Shown: piece after piece, positions 55,201 through 62,360 of the stretch
Layout of the letters: every line of letters begins with the position of its first letter
Position numbering within the stretch: position 1 is the stretch's first letter
IMG/VR virus record: IMGVR_UViG_3300005607_000002
Location: 1 to 62,360 of that record
DNA from: a virus
Taxonomy: Duplodnaviria; Caudoviricetes
DNA: 62,360 nucleotides
Direction: 5' to 3' (one strand)
Program-made: the position numbers and the translations under genes
The notes under the pieces: generated by a model
What the model was told of the DNA's origin: nothing
Database searches by the model: none
The model's input: the letters and a program-made list of their open reading frames with translations, nothing else

Positions 55201-58200
55201 GTCTTTCCGATGTGGACGCGAGCGCAGAAAGTCATGGTGATCGACCCCGAGCCCGGAGAGGCCTATCGCAGTTTCACCAGCTCATTCTTCGGCGCGAAGA
55301 TCCAGGAGGCCATCAAACACGGCTACGACGCCGTGCTGTTCCGGCAGATATCCGATGTGGGCGGCGTCGGCGATCAACTGGCGGTGCTGCACCCGAACCT
55401 CCTGCGCTCGATCCACGCCGCATTTGATCCGGCCGAGATTATCAGCCCCAAGCTTGCCGCGATCAAGCCCGGAAAGAAGGAGCTGACGCCGGATGAGTTC
55501 GACCGCGCCTATCGGGAGATGCTCGAGCAGGCGGCGAGCGACATGGTTGAGGCGCAGGAACGCGGGGAGGCCGTCCATCCGGGCAGGGAAGCGCCCGCTG
55601 CCGGCGCCGCCGAAGGCGCGGCGGAAGGCGAAGGCCATCTGCAGGCCATCGCTCAGCGCAAGGCCGGGCAGACGCTCGCCGGCGAAGTGAAGCGGCCCGC
55701 GACCGGCGTCGCGGCGCCGGCGGCGACCGCGGTCACGACGCCCGCGCCCGGCGCGCCCGGCGGCGCAGCAGCGTCATCGCTTCCGGGCGTCTCCGCCGCG
55801 CTCACGCCCGCCGCGCAGCAAGCGAAGGACGCCGCAATCCGCTCGCTCCAGCAGCAGGTGACGGACCTTGCGAAAGCGATGGGCCTGACCGTGCACGAAG
55901 GCCGCGTGCAGATCAAAGGCGCGCTGGGCCAGTTCAACTCGCAAAGCGATGTCATCCGCATCAAGGAGATTCCCGATCTCGTGGCCGTGGCCCACGAAGC
56001 GGGACACGCCATCGAGCAGAAGGTCGGGCAGGACCTTACCAACGCAATAAACTCTTTTGCCTACGAGCTGGGGCCGCTCGACTACGAATGGCCGGCCCAG
56101 GCGCGGCCGGCGGAAGGCTTTGCCGAATTCATCCGCCACATGATCGGCAACCCGGCCTATGCGCAGGCGCAGGCGCCCGGCTTCATGACGGCATTTCGCA
56201 CCCTGATGCAGCAGCGCGCGCCCGATCTGCTCAAGGCGATCGACAGCGCCGCCGCGGCCTACCGGGCCTACACGGAAGCGTCATCGGCCGGCGCGATTCA
56301 ATCGATGATCCGCAGCCAGGCCGAAAAGCAGCAAGGCTGGCGCAGCATTGTCCAGGGCCTCCGCGAGGACGGCCTTGCCGCGACGGTCAATGTCGTGATG
56401 TCGCGCGCCTATGATATGACGCTCGACAAGAATTCCGACATGTTCCGCATGGTGCGCGACGTCGCCCGCGCGGTTCGCGACGAGACCGGACAGCTTGTCG
56501 ACCTCAAGGCCGCCGACAACCCCGCCATTCTTCTCCAGATGGCGCCCGACGCCGCGCGGGCCCGCGCCATCGCCGACACCAACCGCGGCACCATCCCTTA
56601 TCACGGCGTCGCGCCGCGCGGGCCGTCGCTGACCGACGCGCTCGCCAAGGCGATCGGCGCGCCCACCCGGTTCGGCCAATGGAACGAGGACAAGCGCACC
56701 TTGTTTTCGGTCTACCTCATTGCCCGCCGCGGCGAATATCTGTGGCGCCGCTTCGAAGCCGGCGAATTGCCCAATCCGCCGGTCGCCTTCAATAAGGCCG
56801 ACGCCATCCAGGCGATGGCGGACCTCGAAGCCGCCAATCCGACCTTCCGCGCCGCCTCCGACATGGTGCATGCGTGGGCGAAGGAGCAGCTCATCAAGAT
56901 GCGCGACGCCGGGCTCAAGGAGCCCGATGTCATCGACCGCCTGCTGCGTCAGGAATTCTATGTGCCGTTCATGCGCGACATGTCGGACAAGCCGATGGCC
57001 GGCGGCCCCGTCACCATGGGCGCAATGCATGAAGGGCCAGGCGTGACCGAGCTTATCAAGCGCATCAAAGGCTCGGCGCGCGACATCTTTGATCCGATCG
57101 AATCGCTGATCGGGCAGGCGCGCCTTCTCAACCGCGCCGTCGTCTATAACGACATCTATCTCGCGCTCGAACGGCTGAGCGAATTGCCGGGCGCCCGCGC
57201 CGGCCGGTTCTTCGAGCCGGTCCCGGCCTACGAGCCGCACAGGACGACGTTTAACCTCGGCGACGTCATCGAGAAGAAGCTGATCGCCAGCGGCGTGCTG
57301 CCGGATGACGCGGCCGTCGCGACCGCCGGCATCGTCAATCTGTTCGGCGAAGACCCGCTGATGGGCGCGTTCTTCCGCATGGAGAAAACCGCGCCGCACG
57401 GCGAGCCGATCGTCTTCTACCGCAAGGAGGGAAAGCTCAAGGCGGCGCGCGTCATGGCGGCGGCGGACAGCGGCGAAGGCTACAGGCTGTTCGAATTGCT
57501 GACCGCGATGCCGCAGACGATGGGCGATTTGTTTTCCGATCTGGTCGGCGCGGTCAGCCACGTCCAGCGCGCCGGCATCGTCACCAACCCGACCTTCATC
57601 CTGACCAATTACATCCGCGACCAGCTCGCTACTTTCCTGCTGCGGCCCGGCTATTTCCCGATCTTGTCGGGCCTCAAGGGCATTCTCTCGGAGGCGCGAC
57701 AGGGCGAAGCCGCGCGGCTCTATGCGCTCGGCGGCGGCGTGTCGCCCGGCGCCGCCGTCGCGCCGCTGGAGCATATGCTCCGCAACGACGTCGCGGCGCT
57801 GGCGCAGAACGGCTACCTCGTCAGCCGCCTCGGCCCGACCGGGCATCTGCTCACCACGACGCCGTCATGGGAAGAGTTCGGCAAAGGAACGCCGCAGGAC
57901 TTTTCGCGCAATGTCGCGGAAGCATTCCGCGGCTGGCTCGAATTCTCGCAGATCACCGAGGCCGGGACGCGCAATTCGGTGTTCGGCATCGTCTATAAGC
58001 AGAAGCTCGCCCAAGGGCTGTCGCCTTATGAGGCAATGGAAGAAGCCGCCTGGCAGGCCCGCGACCTGCTCGATTTCGGGCGTCACGGCTCGCATATGCT
58101 GATGGCGCAGCGCTTCATCCCGTTCCTCAATGCGCATCTGCAGGGGCTCGACAAGGCTTATCGGACCATTGCGCAGCCGATCATCGACAGGATCCGCGGC

Positions 58201-59574
58201 GACCAGGTGTTCGCCTCTGACCCGGAGAATTTCCGCAATGCGCTGATGTCGCTTGTCAAGGTGGTGGGCGTCGGCGCCGTGCTGGGCGCGGCCTGGGCGG
58301 CGCTCAACCGCGACAACGAAGCCTATCGCGACGCCAGCCCCTATCTGAAAGGGACGCATGTCATTGTCGGGATCGGCAGGAATATGCTGCTGATTCCCAA
58401 GCCGTTCGAATTAGGACTGGGCTTTACCGCCGGCGAATATGCCTACCAGCAGTTCGCGCAGGATGACCCGCGCGCCGCCGCCATGTTCGCTTCCGCGGCA
58501 TGGCAGATCCTTGAGCCGCCGACCGACGTGCCGCTGTTCCGCACCGGCTTCGAGCTCGCGGCCAACAAGAATCTCTGGTCGGGCCGCGATATCGTGCCGG
58601 AAAGCCTGCAGCGTCTGGAGCCGGCGCAGCAATACAGCGAGCGCACCAGCGCGATGGCGAAGATGATCGGCGCGGCGATCGGCGTCTCGCCCATCAAGGT
58701 CGATTACGCGATCGGCGGCTTCTTCGGCAACTGGGGCCGCGACTTCATGGCGCTCAGCCAGTCGGTCGATCCGGATTCGCCCACTGCGGCCGTGGAGGAC
58801 CGCGTGTTCCTGCGGCGCTTCATCAAGGACCCGACGCGCACCTCCGACATCACCACCCGGTTCTGGGACTACATGCGCCGGACCACCGGCGTCTACAATC
58901 GGGACGTTGCGACCTACGACAATTTCGTCAAACTGCATCGCGACCGGGATGCGGCGGATTTTTTAGCCCGCAAGCCGGGCCGCGAGCGCGCCTATATGAT
59001 CCTGCAATCGGCGGCGCGCGACGAGGACGGCAACCCTGCCTTCGGCGCCGATGAAAAACGGCTGCATCCGCTGACGCGCGCCTATGAGGCGGTGAGCCTG
59101 CTCAACGACATGAGCCGCGACCTGGCGGCCAACAATTTAAGCCGCTGGGAAAACCGCGAGCCGCTCAGGCTGACGCCCGACGGCCGCCGCGACCTGCTCG
59201 ACAGCATACGCGAGCTTAAGCAGATGGAGATGCGCAACGCCTTCGTCATCATGAAGGAGCCGGGCTATGCCGGCCGCGCGCTGTTCGACGTCAATCCCGT
59301 GCTGGCGAAGATTGCCGCCGTCGCCCCTTCGGTCGCCGATGAGATCGCCACACGCTATGCGACGCGGCGCATCTACACGACGCAGGCCGTGGCCGCCGCC
59401 TATCCGCACATGGAGCGGGCGCTGCTGCGCGAAGGCTCGGAGGCCGACCTGGAAGGACTGGCCCTCGACGCCAAGGCCGAGGGCTGGGAGTTCGGCGCAG
59501 AGCGGGTGAAACGCCCGCAGAAGCTGCGGACGGTTATTCCGGGGCAGCCCGCCGCGCAACCGATTGCGCCATAA
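52222..59574 (+). CDS. Giant polyvalent ejection protein (kinase-like, NUDIX, ART-like, zincin-like, LPD38-like domains)
   Basis: GGAG RBS; GSNPGG..WYVK..DAWLANHDVIG..DN..RIDQGG; FPKG..AIKEAFQETG; WFHGT..VFLSD..GYDAV; HEAGH; IPKPFELG..SPIKVDY. Confidence 0.8.
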   Translation: MADDDVLTADPAVQAGEAREAAAARLARPLGLGHGLVPGPGPEPPEEDYSVLPSDREETQAGDVDIGERFRLGRINSYYRGTIAGSGRLAELARVATAPEDRLTDAERKLRPAWKKEYDGIVADLARYDLMQPWGTTLEGAAALGGALAGGMMSPESFLGAPARGATWLARTVTAAVQQGGIQAAADPVVQWLSREGGTEQEYDPWRTAETAGLGAVIGGGLHGILGELVPAARVRKLRADLAAEDEAFAGDVERQAAAGPEIPQQLPSDIAEAQAAGTAPAAPQAATQAPGQAPGQAPAPPQPSTPAPGQAPAPAAPEDASAWTKTGGQKGSNPGGTYKDARGIEWYVKTPQTEDHARNEMLANELYRYAGANVPEMKLVTLDGKPAVASRMLPSGMQQLAKFPSSGAHAKFAIDAIKRDFAADAWLANHDVIGLGRDNILVSPIDPDQVVRIDQGGALRYRAQGQPKQNFGPKVAEFETMRDPNIAPQAAQIFGPMSDQELLYSINRVLLVPEQDIRDAVAKFGPADPAEAQKLADTLIARQDDLREIRKDLMAKIAAKMQSAAAAAPAGAPPATAPAPPPASAPSPAPAPAPAPPPASAPAPAPAPQQKATDVSVVWGKSGGGKPISQSNPGAPLAPLAHVSGGAPVAADAAHLPSGAPLKSASWAKKPPANWNNAGGKDAALAKTEPALKTPLGKKPASGVIIREPDGRVWVVAPANQFGGYEHTFPKGKISPGLSPQANAIKEAFQETGLKVKITGLIGDFEGDTSITRYYWAERTGGSPEDAHWETEAVKLVPAARLFDYLNMPRDQELAKAAFGNALKPGKHGDPAAIAASAATGAAAGASASSATAAGLPADAEKSAKDWIKTNMANVHTAAEVDAMPADQAVAYAEHHGWKPAGAPRKGIPTAPGSHPALPMDQASREARAKQTGFKLPGMPEPWARTWFHGTPNIFEAFDLGHVGSFHSTSKEKAVFLSDSPKIAGMFGGGGPVFPMWTRAQKVMVIDPEPGEAYRSFTSSFFGAKIQEAIKHGYDAVLFRQISDVGGVGDQLAVLHPNLLRSIHAAFDPAEIISPKLAAIKPGKKELTPDEFDRAYREMLEQAASDMVEAQERGEAVHPGREAPAAGAAEGAAEGEGHLQAIAQRKAGQTLAGEVKRPATGVAAPAATAVTTPAPGAPGGAAASSLPGVSAALTPAAQQAKDAAIRSLQQQVTDLAKAMGLTVHEGRVQIKGALGQFNSQSDVIRIKEIPDLVAVAHEAGHAIEQKVGQDLTNAINSFAYELGPLDYEWPAQARPAEGFAEFIRHMIGNPAYAQAQAPGFMTAFRTLMQQRAPDLLKAIDSAAAAYRAYTEASSAGAIQSMIRSQAEKQQGWRSIVQGLREDGLAATVNVVMSRAYDMTLDKNSDMFRMVRDVARAVRDETGQLVDLKAADNPAILLQMAPDAARARAIADTNRGTIPYHGVAPRGPSLTDALAKAIGAPTRFGQWNEDKRTLFSVYLIARRGEYLWRRFEAGELPNPPVAFNKADAIQAMADLEAANPTFRAASDMVHAWAKEQLIKMRDAGLKEPDVIDRLLRQEFYVPFMRDMSDKPMAGGPVTMGAMHEGPGVTELIKRIKGSARDIFDPIESLIGQARLLNRAVVYNDIYLALERLSELPGARAGRFFEPVPAYEPHRTTFNLGDVIEKKLIASGVLPDDAAVATAGIVNLFGEDPLMGAFFRMEKTAPHGEPIVFYRKEGKLKAARVMAAADSGEGYRLFELLTAMPQTMGDLFSDLVGAVSHVQRAGIVTNPTFILTNYIRDQLATFLLRPGYFPILSGLKGILSEARQGEAARLYALGGGVSPGAAVAPLEHMLRNDVAALAQNGYLVSRLGPTGHLLTTTPSWEEFGKGTPQDFSRNVAEAFRGWLEFSQITEAGTRNSVFGIVYKQKLAQGLSPYEAMEEAAWQARDLLDFGRHGSHMLMAQRFIPFLNAHLQGLDKAYRTIAQPIIDRIRGDQVFASDPENFRNALMSLVKVVGVGAVLGAAWAALNRDNEAYRDASPYLKGTHVIVGIGRNMLLIPKPFELGLGFTAGEYAYQQFAQDDPRAAAMFASAAWQILEPPTDVPLFRTGFELAANKNLWSGRDIVPESLQRLEPAQQYSERTSAMAKMIGAAIGVSPIKVDYAIGGFFGNWGRDFMALSQSVDPDSPTAAVEDRVFLRRFIKDPTRTSDITTRFWDYMRRTTGVYNRDVATYDNFVKLHRDRDAADFLARKPGRERAYMILQSAARDEDGNPAFGADEKRLHPLTRAYEAVSLLNDMSRDLAANNLSRWENREPLRLTPDGRRDLLDSIRELKQMEMRNAFVIMKEPGYAGRALFDVNPVLAKIAAVAPSVADEIATRYATRRIYTTQAVAAAYPHMERALLREGSEADLEGLALDAKAEGWEFGAERVKRPQKLRTVIPGQPAAQPIAP

Positions 59575-59881
59575 TCTGGTCTATTTTTTCACACCAGGAG
59601 CGATCCCCCCAGCCCTGCTGCACGCCGCGCCAACAGGATTGCCGCCAGTTCTCCATTGCATCGTTACGGTCTTCTCTGGCTTTTGCGACCGCAGCATTCC
59701 ATCGCGCTATGTCGTCAGCGGAGCGCCTGATCTGCAGCGGCTCATCGAGCTGTGCGGGCTCCCAATATGACGGCGCGAAAAATTGCATGAACGCCCAATA
59801 TCCGAACCAGAATCCGAGTACACCGATCGCGATCGCGCCGATGCGGCCTTTGGCGCAGATCAGGAAAAGAATGGTTTTCAT
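59534..59881 (-). CDS. Membrane-anchored hypothetical protein
   Basis: MKTILFLICAKGRIGAIAIGVLGFWFGYWAF. Confidence 0.5.
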   Translation of the reverse strand: MKTILFLICAKGRIGAIAIGVLGFWFGYWAFMQFFAPSYWEPAQLDEPLQIRRSADDIARWNAAVAKAREDRNDAMENWRQSCWRGVQQGWGDRSWCEKIDQIMAQSVARRAAPE

Positions 59882-59910
59882 TGTAAGCCCCAGTTGCAGG
59901 AGCCGGGAAC

Positions 59911-60276
59911 TCAACCCTTGCCGCGCCCGGAAGTCAACCGGGGCAAGGCCCGGAACGGCTGCTGCAGCTCCGCCATCACGGACCAGACGCGGAAATAAGC
60001 TTCGTGCCGGGCCTGCGTCGTGACCGTATCCTTGAAGTTCGTATAGGCGATGGCGCTCGCTCGTTCGGCGAGCGCGGCGGCCACCTCGGCGCGCGGCACG
60101 ATCGCGCGGAAGCGATAATCGGTCCCCTGGTTCGCTATAATCCTGGCGCGCGGGAAAAGCTTCTCGATGTCGCCGCGGACGCGGGCGCGAACGATCAGAA
60201 ATTTTTGCGGATCGACGCCGCGCCCCGGCCGGGGCGCGACGATCGAGACGAAGGCGTCGCTGATGAAAATCCACAT
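59911..60276 (-). CDS. Conserved-looking hypothetical phage protein
   Basis: MWIFISDAFVSIV, LIVRAR, DYRFRA, YTNFK. Confidence 0.7.
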   Translation of the reverse strand: MWIFISDAFVSIVAPRPGRGVDPQKFLIVRARVRGDIEKLFPRARIIANQGTDYRFRAIVPRAEVAAALAERASAIAYTNFKDTVTTQARHEAYFRVWSVMAELQQPFRALPRLTSGRGKG

Positions 60277-60280
60277 GGGC

Positions 60281-60529
60281 TCACAGCCGGTAGCCGTGCT
60301 CGAGCAGCAGGATCGCCATATGGCAGCCCTGCCAGGAATCGCCGCCGTCGCGCATCGCGGCGGCGACGTCCTCGAACAGGATCTTGAGAAGAACCTCCAT
60401 CGTCATCGGCCCGTGCGAGCCGTAGCGCTGGGCGTTACGAGCGATGAATTTGTTGACCCATGCCGCCGTCTCCGGCGGCATGTCGACAGGAACCATCTTT
60501 GGCGCTGGTTTCATCGGGATGATGCTCAT
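60281..60529 (-). CDS. Hypothetical protein
   Basis: GGGGA RBS; MSIIPMKP...SWQG. Confidence 0.55.
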   Translation of the reverse strand: MSIIPMKPAPKMVPVDMPPETAAWVNKFIARNAQRYGSHGPMTMEVLLKILFEDVAAAMRDGGDSWQGCHMAILLLEHGYRL

Positions 60530-60542
60530 GGCTTCCCCTGTT

Positions 60543-60968
60543 TCAATGCCGCTCGCCGGCGGCGTCGGTGTTTTCTGCCCGGCCGCCGCATGTCGCGGCC
60601 CACAGGTTGCGCAGCAGAATCGCGGCGTCATAGAGCTCGCGCTTAACGTAGCGCACTTCGCCCTTGAGAATGAGGGCGGCGAGAATGCGGCCGACGAACT
60701 CGCTTTCGGCCGCCGCGCCGGCGGCAAAGCCGCCGCCGGCCGCAGGCGCGGTAGCGCCGTTGACGCCGGCCGGCCGCGCCTGGGTGATCTTTCTGATGGT
60801 GCGGCCGTTGAACTCGCGCTCGGCGACCGTGATCTCGTAGGTCCTGCCGACCTGGATGGCGGCAAGCTTTTCCGGCCAGATTTCGAATTTCTGGCCGCCG
60901 GCCGCGACCACATGCGCGACCTTCTTGCCGGTCTGCGGCGGATGCGTCTCGGCGACCTCGATCAGCAT
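60543..60968 (-). CDS. Hypothetical protein, possible OB-fold recombination partner
   Basis: Coupled downstream of the PD-(D/E)XK nuclease; beta-rich N-terminus. Confidence 0.5.
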   Translation of the reverse strand: MLIEVAETHPPQTGKKVAHVVAAGGQKFEIWPEKLAAIQVGRTYEITVAEREFNGRTIRKITQARPAGVNGATAPAAGGGFAAGAAAESEFVGRILAALILKGEVRYVKRELYDAAILLRNLWAATCGGRAENTDAAGERH

Positions 60969-61882
60969 GACACATGTCCGTAGGCGCGGAGAATCTCCGC
61001 CATAGTTTGTGCCCTGGGCGCGATCATCGGCATCGGTTCGGCGGCCGGCCGTTCAAGGACGGCGGTCGGCTTTGGCGTGGCTGCGGCCGCCGCAAGGAAG
61101 CGCTCGACCTCCGTGGCTGCGGATCTGGGCCGGGCACGCACCGAAGCCTTGCGCGGACGCGGTTTCGGCGTCTCGGGCTTCGCCTCCGGCGCCGCGGGCT
61201 TCGGCCGGGCCGCCTGAGCTTTTGCCGGCGACGGGCAGCCCTTTTCCAGTCGGTAGGCGGCAAGCCATAGCCGAAACAGTTCCCATTGCGGTGAGAGGTC
61301 CGCATAGGCGTGGTGGCCGAAGTCGCTGCCGTCCTTCGGTAGGCAGATCAGATGATAGCCTGCCGTTAGCGGCTGATCAGGGTGGTTCTCCTCCCACAGC
61401 TTGCCGTGGGCGGCGAGCGCGACAAGGTTCTCGGGATAAGGCTTGGCCGAGGTCTTGAAATCGATCAGCCCCAGACCGCCATTGATCATGGCGATGGTGT
61501 CTGGTGTGCCGCCATATTGGAAGGCCTCCGACACCAGCGCGACTTCCTGGGCGATCGCGCGTACGTGGCATTGCTGCCGCCATTGGCGGAACGCCGCGAA
61601 TGCCGACCATGCCTTGCGCAGGTGATCCGGCGCCGCCAGGCATTCATTGCAGTAGGCCTCGATCTCGCGATCGGGCCGGCCCTTAAGATCGAGTTCGGCC
61701 ATGCCGTGCACGGTCGAACCGATGTCGATCGCCGAGCGCTGATAGAGCGGTAGGCCCTGCTGGCCCTGCTTGTGGGCCCAAATCATCAGCGCCGTGTGAT
61801 CCATGTAGCGCTTGATCGGATCATGGGTGCCGGGGATGGGCGCCCCGGCGGCGTTGAAGTAGCCATGCTTGGGGCGGGGCAT
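60962..61882 (-). CDS. PD-(D/E)XK exonuclease-like protein
   Basis: GSTVH, QEVALVS, YGGTPD, IDFKTS. Confidence 0.8.
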   Translation of the reverse strand: MPRPKHGYFNAAGAPIPGTHDPIKRYMDHTALMIWAHKQGQQGLPLYQRSAIDIGSTVHGMAELDLKGRPDREIEAYCNECLAAPDHLRKAWSAFAAFRQWRQQCHVRAIAQEVALVSEAFQYGGTPDTIAMINGGLGLIDFKTSAKPYPENLVALAAHGKLWEENHPDQPLTAGYHLICLPKDGSDFGHHAYADLSPQWELFRLWLAAYRLEKGCPSPAKAQAARPKPAAPEAKPETPKPRPRKASVRARPRSAATEVERFLAAAAATPKPTAVLERPAAEPMPMIAPRAQTMAEILRAYGHVSC

Positions 61883-62223
61883 CAGGCGGCCTCCCCGTCG
61901 ATCATGCGGTCGACTGCATTCTTGAGCGCGCCGACGATGTTGTCTTTCGCCTCGGTAAGCCGGGGCGTTTCGTTCTCGATGAAGCCGATCGGGAACTGAC
62001 GGCAGATATCGTCAATGACGGCACTCACGTAGACGGTGACGCCGCTCACGAATGCTTCGACATAGTCAGCGCGGGCAAGAATATCGAAGCGGTCGGCATT
62101 GCCGCTGATGCGGCGCGGGGGGCGTAGCACCAGAAGCTCGGCGATGCAGCGGTGGTGGGCGCGTTCCAGGTCAGAGAGGGGGCGTCGCGGCGCCCTCGGA
62201 TTGAGGTTGAAAGGCGCGTTCAT
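61882..62223 (-). CDS. Hypothetical protein
   Basis: GGAGG RBS, coupled to both neighbours. Confidence 0.55.
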   Translation of the reverse strand: MNAPFNLNPRAPRRPLSDLERAHHRCIAELLVLRPPRRISGNADRFDILARADYVEAFVSGVTVYVSAVIDDICRQFPIGFIENETPRLTEAKDNIVGALKNAVDRMIDGEAA

Positions 62224-62240
62224 GCCGCCCTCCCGTGAAC

Positions 62241-62360
62241 GTCGGTGGCGAGAGCAGCGCCGACGCGGGTAAGGGCATAGACCAGGGTGGGAATGGCCAC
62301 CCCGAGCGTTACGGCCGCGGCCATCATTACGTAGCCGCCCGCCTGGGAGGCGAACGCGAA
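62241..62360 (+). repeat. Terminal direct repeat, right copy
   Basis: Identical to 1-120. Confidence 0.95.

Larger units (their letters stand above)
1..62360. mobile_element. Complete temperate bacteriophage genome (podovirus-like, BPP-1-like structural module)
   Basis: Integrase, repressor/Cro, replication, terminase, portal, capsid, tail tube, ejection and lysis genes in modular order; no tape measure or sheath gene seen; ends overlap by 120 bp. Confidence 0.93.

Noticed and set aside
60962-61882. Cas4 adaptation nuclease serving the arrays
   Set aside because: Has the PD-(D/E)XK core but not the C-terminal three-Cys cluster of Cas4; context fits a phage recombination exonuclease

Overview
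Apparently complete, circularly assembled genome (~62.2 kb; bases 1-120 repeat exactly at 62241-62360 and an ORF reads across the join) of a GC-rich temperate phage. Gene content points to an alphaproteobacterial (Rhizobiales-like) host and a BPP-1-like podovirus head/tail module; both are inferences. Modules seen: tail spikes, lysis, attP/integrase/excisionase, repressor-Cro switch with operators, replication (SSB, ParB-MT-A70, clamp-like, primase, D5 helicase), NusG-like regulator, terminase, portal, capsid, tail tube proteins and ejection proteins including a ~2450-aa polyvalent protein. The standout is a TnpB/Cas12-like gene with degenerate RuvC motifs (29147-30910) that carries a CRISPR-like array (four identical 36-bp repeats, 36-bp spacers) in frame inside its own coding sequence. 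The genome also has a stand-alone type I-G-like mini-array with promoter and terminator, a Csx20-like candidate ring nuclease behind a long structured non-coding leader, and several virion-module proteins with signal-peptide-like N-termini. All family calls are by-eye motif recognition; no searches were run.
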